From Macrostomum lignano (lineage: Eukaryota), in the NCBI GenBank assembly GCA_002269645.1, contig NIVC01002457.1, forward strand, positions 1 to 64,000: 64,000 nucleotides of DNA, in the 5' to 3' direction. Shown here piece by piece: positions 1-12,813 of the stretch; position 1 is the stretch's first letter; every line of letters starts with the position of its first letter. The notes under the pieces were generated by a model. It did not search any database. It was given only the letters and a program-made list of their open reading frames with translations, and was not told the origin of the DNA. The position numbers were made by a program, and so were the translations under genes.

Positions 1-120
1 ACTTCCGGTAGGATTGGCTTCACTTCCGGTAGGATTGGCTTCACTTCCGGTAGGATTGGCTTCATTCCGGTAGGATTGGCTTCACTTCCGGTAGGATTGG
101 CTTCACTTCCGGTAGGATTG
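1..120. repeat. 21-bp tandem repeat (acttccggtaggattggcttc), truncated by window start
   Basis: About 5.5 visible copies, period 21. The minus-strand unit begins accggaagtgaag, like the sequence at about 200-215 near the presumed KDM1B donor. Confidence 0.9.
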
Positions 121-123
121 GGT

Positions 124-2546
124 TCATATCCCGGCAGGAATAGATTTACTTCCGGTTGCATCATAATTTGCAGCATCGGATTCGACAAAGAAGCTAACAG
201 CTTCACTTCCGGTTGTCCGAGCCTTTCGCCTAGCTGACGCGTAGACTCGCTTAGCGGACGCCGCGGCGAGTGCCTCAGTAACGACGTCGACAGCTTGACA
301 GACCACGTCGGACTCCGCCGCGATCCGACCGCCGTCGGGCCAGTCGAACAGGTCCACGTTCAGCAACGGATTATCCTCCAGACTACGAACACCGCTGTGG
401 CCGATGCCCCGCTGCAGCGCCATTAGACACAGCGGGTTATTCGACACGCTATCAACGACAGCAATGTCGGGTAGACGAAGTCGCCGACGACTATTTCCTT
501 TGTCGTTATCCCTTTCGTTGTTGTTGGTCGATTCAATCAGAACGACGCGCCGGCCAAAGCTGACCAGCTGCCGAGCCGCCACCAGTCCCGCAATGTCGTC
601 GCCGACAATAACGACATCAGTGACACTACCGTCGTCGCAATCGCCGTCGTCGCCGTCAGCAGCATCGGAAGCGACAGGTCGGATGCCGAAATTAATAAGG
701 CCCTGACGTTCTAATCGACGAATAATAGCCGGCAAAATGGCCGAACAGATTCGAATCCTGGCCAGGCCTCTACATAGGATTAACGATTCGGAGCGTCGAC
801 TGCCAGCAATAGTTGGCCAATCGGCTGGTGTCTGAGACGATGATTGAGCCAGCGTCGAGTGCCAGATGGCCCAGGCGGCTAGCAGAGTATTGCGCACTGC
901 CAGGTACAGCTGCGGCTGGTTGCGCAGCTCCAACTGGCCAGCTGGGTAGGCGGCGGCCAGTTCGTCGGGATCGACCTGGTCGGGCCGGACCGACAAAGCC
1001 GAGCAACTCGAAGAAGCGGCCGAGGACTGGCCGAAAGAGAACAGGCCGCTGGCGAACGGGTGGAGCTGGGACGGCGAGTCTAAAGGGCGGCGGGGAGGGG
1101 AAGAAGCGATCTGGTTGTGGACTGAACTCGGACACCGCTGATGAGGTTTAGAGTCTGGGCCTCCTCATCCACTTCCTCTATCTTCCAGCCTCCCTTAAAT
1201 CTCCCATCCCTACATCTACCTCCCATCCCTACATCTACCTCACCATCCCTACATCTACCTCACCTTCCCTACATCAACCTCACCATCCCTACATCTACCT
1301 CACCATCCCTACATCTATCTCACCATCCCTACAACTACCTCACCATCCCTACATCTACCTCCCCATTCCTAAATCTACCTCTATTCCTAAATCCGCCTCC
1401 CGATCCCTACATCCGCCTCCCGATCCCTACATCCGCCTCTCAATCCCTACATCCGCCTCCCGATCCCTACATCCGCCTCTCGATCCCTACATCCGCCTCC
1501 CGATCCCTACATCCGCCTCCCGATCCCTACATCCGCCTCCCGATCCCTACATCCGCCTCTCGATCCCTACATCCGCCTCCCGATCCCTACATCCGCCTCT
1601 CGATCCCTACATCTGCCTCCCGAAGTAGGAGGGCTGTTGGAAAACGCCTTCGGCGACACCGTCCCACCACTGGCGCTGTGAAGCAATGTTGCCCATTCCG
1701 CTGACTACTGAGCACATACAAACTCGCCAATACTGTATGCAAGCACGCACTCATGCACACGCTCAAGAGTGTGCAGCGGCCCTGACAAGCTCCAAAATGA
1801 ATTTGGCCAGGAATCGAACCAGGGGACGCATTTTACCGCTAAGCCCCTACCAATCAGCTGATCACCGGGCAGAGGCGCCAGACCAACGCTTAAAGGCCTG
1901 CAGCCGTTCAACTTGGAGTCGAACAGCAGCAGCCTTCTACAGCAGTTGTCCTGCAGCAGCACAGGAGCAGCCAGGCTGGACAGGAAATCAGGATCCGACG
2001 CGGCCCAAGCCACGCCCGGGTGTTCGGGTTCGTCGCAATTACTGCATCGAAACTCTAACAAACGCCTTGGCAACAAGTTATAATAGTTATCGCTATTACA
2101 ATCCGAGCCAGTGTCCAATTGTCTCCACCGGCCGCAGTCTCGACAAGAGGCCCAGTAGGGCAGTGCGGCGTTAGCCAGCAGTTCCCTGGGGCTGGGCTGG
2201 CGGCACTCCGCACGCAACCAGGCCGATCTGAGCTGAGCAACCCAACTAGGTGCCCATTCGTTGGATAACCGGCCTCGATAGCACAGCTCAAAACAGGCGT
2301 TGCAATAGTGCTCCCACCTGCTCAGGTGGTACCAACGCGACGTTTTAGAATTAGATTCTGTTGCTATAGCGACGCAACGAGACGATAGGCGGGCGAAACA
2401 GACCGGTTGAGACTCGCCGCAACCAGATTTTGTGCAGCCTTCGAGAGCACCGCGGCTGCCGACGAAGTCAGAGCTATCGGGTTCGCGTTTGCGTTTCAGA
2501 AGACAGATATTTGGTCTGTGTTTCTTAGAAACAGTGGGCTGCGATC
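124..2546 (-). CDS. KDM1B: Lysine-specific demethylase 2 (LSD2/KDM1B)-like, partial: C4H2C2 zinc finger, zf-CW, SWIRM, start of amine oxidase domain
   Basis: Exon 2546-1851 (ctag| acceptor, |gtaggg donor, phase 1/1) encodes CTKSGC..PVCFAR..C..SRWYHLSRWEHYCNACF and LPYWASCRDCGRWRQL..FRC..C. The next exon starts at 1079 (ctttag|) and encodes LSVRPD..LYLAVRNTLLAAW..RGLARIR..GLINFG (SWIRM), DVVIVGDDIAGLVAARQL and NNPLCLMALQRGI. Its 3' boundary (about 200-250) and the first exon are unresolved; the gene continues past the window start. Confidence 0.85.
1190..1620. repeat. About 20-bp intronic minisatellite (cccgatccctacatccgcct and variants)
   Basis: Direct tandem copies inside KDM1B intron 1080-1850; explains ORF 1141..1704. 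Confidence 0.9.
1692..1850 (-). mobile_element. tRNA-derived SINE-like element, family A
   Basis: Minus strand has A-box-like gggcttagcgg, exact B-box ggttcgattcc (1820-1810) and body gtgtgcatgagtgcgtgc..gtgctcag..cagcggaatg. The body is shared with 35152-35320, 43256-43322 and 31683-31736. Confidence 0.65.
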
Positions 2547-2559
2547 CTAGATAAGAGAT

Positions 2560-3040
2560 GAGCAGCCGGTCTGGGTGAGATTAGAAAATGAGCAGCCCGT
2601 CTGGATGAGATGAGACAGTGCAGGTGAGAATGTGAGCAGGAAATCTAGGTTAGATTAGAAGCGAGCAGCCAGTCTATGTGCGAATAGATGTGAGCAGGAA
2701 ATCTAGGTGAGACTAGATGTGAACAGGAAATTTAGGTGAGACTAGATGTGAGCAGGAAATCTAGGTGAGAATAGATGTGAGCAGGAAATCTAGGTGAGAA
2801 TAGATGTGAGCAGAAAATCTAGGTGAGAATAGACGTGAGCGGGAAATCTAGCTGAGAATAGACGTGAGCGGGAAATCTAGGTGAGAATAGACGTGAGCGG
2901 GAAATCTAGGTGAGAATAGACGTGAGCGGGAAATCTAGGTGAGAATAGACGTGAGCGGGAAATCTAGGTGAGAATAGACGTGAGCGGGAAATCTAGGTGA
3001 GAATAGACGTGAGCGGGAAATCTAGGTGAGAGTAGATGTG
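2560..3040. repeat. 29-bp minisatellite (gtgagaatagacgtgagcgggaaatctag)
   Basis: Tandem copies abutting the KDM1B acceptor at 2547. Confidence 0.9.
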
Positions 3041-3901
3041 CACGAGCAGGGAGTCTACGCTCATAGATACGAATGTGAGTTCGCGATCATTCAAAAAGGA
3101 CAGAGTGAGTATAGATAGCTAGATTTTATAAGACTTCACAGCTTGATGTGAATTAGGTTTTACGAATTTTAAATCTGCAAGTGCCTACACGGACATAGGA
3201 GACAAGATTTGAAAAATCTGAGTTTTCGTTCGCAAGAGTTGTATGTACGGCCAAGTTGCCCTAAGATTTCTAGATAAATATATATGAATATTATAAATAT
3301 TTTTGAACATTTTCAGACGATAATAAAATTTTTGTTTTCTATAAATATAAATAAAAAAGATATTGCTAATTTTTTGTTAAATTCGATTTTGATAACGCTA
3401 ACCAAAAAGTTGTTGTTTCGAGGGCTAAAAGCGTATTTTATATTTATTCAATATTTCAATAGCAACAGCTGGATAAAGGAAACAAAATAATTAACAATGG
3501 AAAGAATAAACCGGTAATGCTTGGAAAACTAATAAACAGATGTATTAAATCGACGGCCTCTTTAACCTGCTTAAGACGGGACAGAAACTAATGCGCTAAT
3601 TAATTATTAAAAGAGTAAGTGTAGATAAATATTTTTGCCTTAAAAATCTATCTGCAATGGCGCAACACTAGCGAGAAAAATTATGGAATTCATACGAAAC
3701 ACGGCCTAAGCGAGTGCACAAATTTGTGGCTATTTATCTCTAGATGCGGTGTAACTACTACTGCAAGTACGGTATTATGGCTTTCTAATAGAAATTGGTC
3801 GAACGAAGCTATGTTATAAGAACGACACCTATTAATAGTATTAACTACTTAATTGAATAGTGCAATTCAAGTCCGCAATGGATGCTTCGCAAAAGCATTT
3901 C

Positions 3902-5730
<1,829 letters not shown>

Positions 5731-6104
5731 TTAAGCGATTTAGGAATTTATAATAATAATAACAGATTAGATACTTGAGCTCCGGTTGGAGAGAAGAACT
5801 TGCGCATGCATTGTAAAAAAAATAATAAATTATCTATTATTACGACCATAGCTGGTAAAAAACTTACAAACTTTAACTTAAAATCGGTCCCTATATTGAG
5901 GAAAAAACAAGTATTAAGAACAAGAGGACCACAATTAAAAGAAATTTGAGGCGATTTTGTTTTATTAAAAATAGGCGAGTGACACAGTGGAATGAAAATA
6001 AAATTTTGAGCTCAAATTGTCAAATAAAATTAATGTTCCAACTGATTTCATTTTCTACTCTAAAATCTAGATTTAAAAGAAAATACCACACATACTAAAA
6101 TAAC

Positions 6105-6518
6105 TAGATGGGCCACTCAGGCTCGTATACTTAGTAAAACGGCTTTCTACTTTCAATTCAGTAGCGCAAAGAATACGTAAGCTATTTTATTAAGTTAAGG
6201 TTGTTAAAATTACTTTGATAAGTTTAGAAACCCCAAGCTAGCAGGCGTAAACAACTTGCTATAATTGGTTCAGCAATAATGTACATTGGCCAGTCCACTA
6301 AAATGTACATGGCTGCTTCAGGCTGGAATTCTGAGAAAGGCAATAAAAATTGGGGCAGGGCGAGGGGGGTAGTGTGGAAAAGCGCGGTTTGAGGGTTTAA
6401 GTTGGGGGTAAGAGCCAATAAATGAGCCTTGGCTTTAAAAATACATTAAAATGCTTCTGTTTTACTTACTACTGAACTGAAAGTAGCTTGCACGCAAATG
6501 TGCCGAGTGGCCTATCAA
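6105..6518. mobile_element. Putative non-autonomous TIR element
   Basis: Left arm tagatgggccactcaggc...ctactttcaattcagtag is inverted at the right as ctactgaactgaaagtag...gccgagtggcctatcaa. No TSD identified. Confidence 0.45.
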
Positions 6519-7569
6519 GTTTTTCTAGTATCTGTGCCTACAACTAAAATAACAAGCTGGGTTAGCCACAAGCAAAATGACGAAATAAGCGTACTACTGT
6601 TACTGGCTAAAAAGCGGTGGGAAAACGCGTACAGACAACAATAAGCTAAAAAGGCATGATGAATATGCAATTTTATAATAATATCACAGGTTGTAAAGAA
6701 AATAAGATAGCAAAAAATCTGTTTTTAAGAGGCGAGACACGCGTGACAACACTTAGAGGAGCGAAAATCATCAAGATGAATGTTGCAAACAATCAATTAA
6801 CAAAAAAATTGTGTGTAAAGCAAGCAAGCAATTTAATAAAAGAGCAAAAGCAACAAAAGAGAGCACACTACTTGACAAAAGGCACAATACTTATAGCTAT
6901 GTAGCAGATGTACAAAACAAACAATATATGTATATAATTGTTGAGCAACAAATTCCGAACAGTTTTAATCTACATTTTGTTACAAAACCTTGATCCAAAT
7001 CTAGCAAAAACAATCAGAGACAGTTAAGTACATGGAGTACAGGAACAACAAAAACGCTAGAAGAGAAAATCTAAGCGTATTAGATAGATTAGCAATACAG
7101 TTTAGGCCTATTGCCTACTTGCCTATTGCCTATACAGTTGCGACACATTCAAGGGGGTCATGACCTCCCCCGAGGAAATTAAGGGGGTCATGACCCCTCT
7201 CGAATGAAACTGAAAATAAATTTCGTTCACCATTTCGTAATTACGAATATATTGCTTAATAAAATTCTCTCAAACTCGGAGCTTGAACTCGCTAGTGGAT
7301 CCAAAAGAGGGGGGGGGGCGGGGGTCAACGGGGTCGACTGACCCCTCCCGGGAAAAAGCCATGATTCTTTCATTGCCAGCTAGCATGCACACTGATTTTC
7401 ACTTTGGCATCCTGAATTTGGCGCTGCTCAGGGAAAGGGGAAGGGTGTTTCCGGTGACCTAAATTACTGGTAAAAGTACAAAGTTGACATTTTATCAAAA
7501 ATATCCGTTTAAAACTTTCAAGGTCATTGACAAAGACGAATAGTTAAAACATGAAAAATTCATCACTAA

Positions 7570-7616
7570 TTAATTTATCCATTTACGCCTACCACCCGTG
7601 TACAGAAGTTGAGTTG

Positions 7617-7647
<31 letters not shown>

Positions 7648-10600
7648 CTGGCGCTGACTCTGCTGTTGAGCTGAGGCTGTCAAACTGTAGGCGCCTCGCC
7701 TAGTTGTAGCCGCCGAGGCCGAATCAACGGAGGCGCCGGTGGCGACTGCTGCTGGCGCTAAAACTCTACCTGGTGCGGCAAAATTTCTCCGAATATGATA
7801 GCCGCCCGGGCGCTTGCCTGACAATGGCGGCCTAGGCTTGTACAAGCCGCCGTCGCCGTCGCCGCTAACACCGCCGGTTTCCATAGCAACTGGAGCGGAT
7901 TGTTGACGCCTAGCCTCGGCTAGGAGAGCGGCCGCCGAAGCCGCGGCAGAGTTCTAAACAAGGTCAAGGTAAGGACAAGGATTGTCATTAATTAACAATG
8001 ACTCGTAAGCCACAGAAATTAACAAAGACCAAATTAAGACAAAGAAAGCAATTTCAAATTCTAATAGAAGTAAACAATTATGAATGTAATAAAGGAGAAA
8101 AATAAAACGCATGCATGCATGCGATCTAAACAAGCTGTAATAATGTAGTTTACTTTCTGCATATGGCGACTCCATAGTCGTTCGGATTCGTCAGTGAAAA
8201 ACTTATTATTATCATTATTATTAGTAGACAGACGACTCGACGACAAATTAGAAGAATTAGGCGACTCTAAGTTTAGTTGCTGAAAAAAGAGCAAACAAAT
8301 CGTATAACCTAATGAGTAATGTAAAAAGTAATATTTTGGATCGAATTTTAACGAGACACAAAAAGGTCACTACAAGGTCACCAACAATAGTAATGCCTTG
8401 GCCTAATAAAATCCATTCAATTTATAATATCGCTAGGGTACTTACTTTTGCATTAGGATGCTTAGAAAGTTTCAGGACGGTAGAAGGTCAAAATTAAGAG
8501 TCGTCGTAGTTCACAGCTTTATATCTACGATTGCAGTCGAAGGGCATTTTTTCTAGAGACCTTCTTCACCGGTTTTGCTAGCCTTCTCAGAGAAATTCGA
8601 AGCAAGGCTAAGACTAAACCTTTCAGAAAAGATGTGCGCTAAATAGCACACAAATGACACGCGACAGAGAGGAGCAGGTCCATTAAATTAAAGCCTATAA
8701 CAATGGCACAAACAAACACTATAAGGCTGCTAGGGCTGGGGGTTTGATTATTAAAGCTAGACAGACAGAATAGAAGGTCGTCAAAACTGGAGCAGACTGG
8801 TGAAGGGAAGAGAGAGGTTTTATATGAACTTATAACGAGAAGTGTACATTGGGCGATGTACATACTGAGATAAACTTGTACGCACAGGGTGGAGCGGAAA
8901 GAGGGTTGAGATTTAGACGAAAACGCTGTACAGTTAGGGGTGTTGGGGCGGGGCAGAAAGACACAGACTTTATTCCAAAGTCGTCTCTCACTTTAGTCTA
9001 TAGAACAGCCGGCTATTTTATTAGTTTTTCAAGGGCGGACTGATAAGAGCGCTGCTGCAGCATTATTAAGGGAGCCGGCCAATAGCGAGGCTTCTACAGA
9101 TTTTGGAGGGAACGAGATTTAGAAAATTAGTCATTGCACACAAATACGCACCGATTTAAAACCTGCTCTCGTCACCTTGCTGGTAAATTTCGGTGTCTCG
9201 TTGTCCTTTTCTCGCGGTCCCGCTAATCTCCAATCTTGCGATAGTTCGTTACAGTCGTAAACTAACCTTCAATTATACGCACACTGCACACTGCTAGCTA
9301 TCTAAACCAACTTCCTGGCTGAAATAAGTTGCGTGGAATTTCACTAAAACCCACGGTCAATATTATGGAATCGCAAAGTGACCCACCCCTGATTGGATAA
9401 TAAATATTAACATTAACAACTCAGTTAAACAGATACGGAATTTTTACTTCATAAAACTAGTCGTTTTAAGAGATATAATTGCCAAAAAAATAAACAAAAA
9501 TTAATTTTAAATTTAGCTTTGAAATACAAGTATAAAAGTACACATAACAACATAAAGTGCAAAAATAAACAGAACAAAAAAGCATACCACTTACCATAGT
9601 CTGAACGTAGCCGCCATTAAAAACTGGCAATACAGATGACGTCATAGTCAAAGGCGTCGGCCCGCGCGTACTATAATTTCCAGTACCACTTTGTAGCGTT
9701 GATGAATTGTCAGCTAGGCCTATTGTTCGACGCAATTGAACCGACGATGCGGACAGTTGATTACCCGACGGAACCTGCTGCTGTTGCACCTAGTGGATTA
9801 ATTTGTTAGTAAAATAATAGTTTAGTGAATTGGCCAATCTAACTAACACGCGTGAATGCGTATAGTATTGCCTCAGTGCTGGTTGTGGGTTGCATCATTG
9901 CATGACCACAGCGAGCCGTACAATATTCACGACTACTCCATAATCTATATGGGATTCTCACCTGCTGCTGCTGTCGACGACTAGCTCGACCAGCTGAGCG
10001 TCGGCGCGTCGACGCCGATTGAAGTCCGCGACCTGAGGCGCCGGAGCCGGCAACAGCAGGCGCCGACACAGTTACCGACGCCTGCGTGACGTCATCGTCG
10101 TAGTCAGCATTAGACAGTGGCTCCGTTACGGTGCCTTCGTCGTCATCTTGACGGTTCTGCTGTTGGCCCTCAACCTCCTGTTGCTGCTGCTGTCTCCGTC
10201 GTCGACGTCGTTCATCGCGTCGTCTCTGACGCCTGGCCGCCTGTCTGGCTTGAATCATTTCGTACAATCTGTTGCGGTATTCCAATACGCTTAGCTGCGA
10301 GTTGTCGTCGACCTGCATAGCATTGAGAAGAGTGTCTTTTTTTAAACAGATATTGAGGTGAGGTGTATACAAAATTCCCAATTGTCAACCCACAGTCCCA
10401 GATGGCACATCAACAGTCTCAGATGCACTTTAACAGTCCCAGATGGCACCTTAATACGAGCTAGTCCCAGATGGCACATTAATAGTCCCAGATGGAACCT
10501 AAACAGTCCCAGATGGCACCTAAACAGTCCCAGATGGCACCTTAACAGTCCCAGATGTCACCCCACAGTCCCAGATGGCAAATAGACAAAGCGAAATTAT

Positions 10601-12702
10601 ATATACAGTGCGCATCTTAAGTCAAGGGCCCCTGAGGCCCCCTACACACAGAAATAAATCCAACCCACTATACTTAAAGTACACTTTAATACACAAAAGT
10701 ACATTTAAAAACCATTTTACAATAAAAAATACACTCACAGGTGGAGCAACATCTCTATTGAGAGTGATCTCCTCAGTAGGCGAGTGAAACCGGCGCACAT
10801 AGGGATGACGCAACGCTTCGGCCGCTGTGATTCGTCGATCTGGGCTAAATTGCAACAATCTATGAAGTAGATCCACGGCGTTTGGATCAACTTGAGCTGG
10901 TAGAATTGACTCCAACGACTGAGCTGGTCGGCCTGATGATGCCTGTGATTGATGTATAGGGATTAGTTCATGGGGATGAGGGTTAGCTAACACTAGGATT
11001 AATGGGGAGTGAGGATTGGCTGTCATTGGGACAAATGGGGAGTGAGGATTAGCTACTATTGAGATTAATGGGGAGTGAGGATTAGCTACTATTGGGATTA
11101 ATGGGGAGTGAGGAATAGCTACCAGGATTAATGGGGATTGAGGATTAGCTGTCATTAGGATTAATGGGTAGTGAGGAATAGCTACCATTATGATTAATGG
11201 GGAGTGAGGATTAGCTGTCATTGGGATTAATGAGAGTGAGGATTAGCTACTATTGAGATTAATGGGGATTGAGGAATTGCTACCATTAGGATTAGTGGGG
11301 ATTGAGGATTAGCTACCATTGGGATTAATGGGGAGTGAGGATTGGCTGTCATTGGGATTAATGGGGAGTGAGGATTAGCTGTCATTGGGATTAATGGGGA
11401 GTGAGGATTAGCTGTCATTGGGATAAATGGGGAGTGAGGATTAGCTACCATTGGGATTAATGGGGAGTGAGGATTAGCTGTCATTGGGATTAACGGGGAG
11501 TGAGGATTGGCTGTCATTGGGATAAACGGGGAGTGAGGATTAGCTACTATTGAGATTAATGGGAGTGAGGATTAGCTGTCATTGGGATTAATGGGAGTGA
11601 GGATTAGCTACTATTGGGATTAATCAGGAGGGAGGATTAGCTTATCATTGAGATTAATAGGGAGTGAAGATTAGCTACCATTGAGATTAATGGGAGTGAG
11701 GATTAGCTGTCATTGGGATTAATGGGGAGTGAGGATTAGCTGTCATTGGGATTAATGGGGAGCGAGGATTAGCTGTCATTGGGATTAATGGGGAGTGATG
11801 ATTAGCTACTATTGAGATTAATGGGAGTGAGGATTAGCTGTCATTGGGATTAATGGGGAGCGAGGATTAGCTGTCATTGGGATTAATCAGGAGGGAGGAT
11901 TAGCTTACCATTGAGATTAATGGGGAGTGAGGATTAGCTACCATTGAGATTAATGGGGAGTGAGGAGTAGCTACCATTGGGATTAATGGGGAGTGAGGAT
12001 TACTAACCTTCTCCAAGATGCTGGCCCCATAGTTGCTACCAATACTTGCGATCTCCTCTTTAGTTGGAGGCGAAATAGCCGATACAATTCGTTCAATTTG
12101 ATTTAGCGTAGAACTGCCCGGGAATAACGGTTTACCAAGCAGCATCTCGCCCAGTATGCAGCCTAGAGACCACATATCAACGCCGGTTGTGTAGCGCCGC
12201 GAAGCTAAAAGAATCTCCGGAGCTCGATACCAGCGGGTGGCAACGTACTCGGTGAGAGCAGGATCTGTGTCCGGCCGTTGCAGTTGCCGCTTAGTCTGGC
12301 TAAGCGATCTGGCCAAACCGAAATCGCACAGTTTAACAAAACAATCCGAGTCTAACAGTACATTGCTAGGCTTCTGGTCGCGGTGTACGCAATTGCCAGA
12401 GTGAATGTACATCGTAGCTTTGAGCATCTGGTACATGATGTACTGCTTGTGCACCTCTTTCAAAATATTGCCCCGTTTGATTACATTGTGCAGATCGGTC
12501 TCTGCGGAGCGATTTGAGATAAATTTATCAATAAGATATTAATATTATTAATAATAGTGGGGTTATTAGAGCAGCTCAGTGATAAATGTGTCGCACTTTG
12601 GCTTCACGACCCCTGGTTCAATTCCGTGCGCGCCCGCATTCATTTGCGGCTTGTAGTAGTAGTATTAGTATTAGTAGTAGTAAGTGGTAGTAGTAGTAGT
12701 AT

Positions 12703-12741
<39 letters not shown>

Positions 12742-12773
12742 AAGTAGTAGTAGTAGTAGTAGTAGCAGTAGTA

Positions 12774-12813
<40 letters not shown>

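Noticed and set aside
7136-7430. Possible TIR element with gggggtcatgacc repeats downstream of MAPK15
   Set aside because: Looks repeat-derived, but I could not define convincing terminal inverted repeats or a TSD.
12361-12400. HRDQKPSN as an unusual kinase catalytic loop
   Set aside because: This Gln variant is typical of the MAPK15 family, so it is diagnostic rather than novel.
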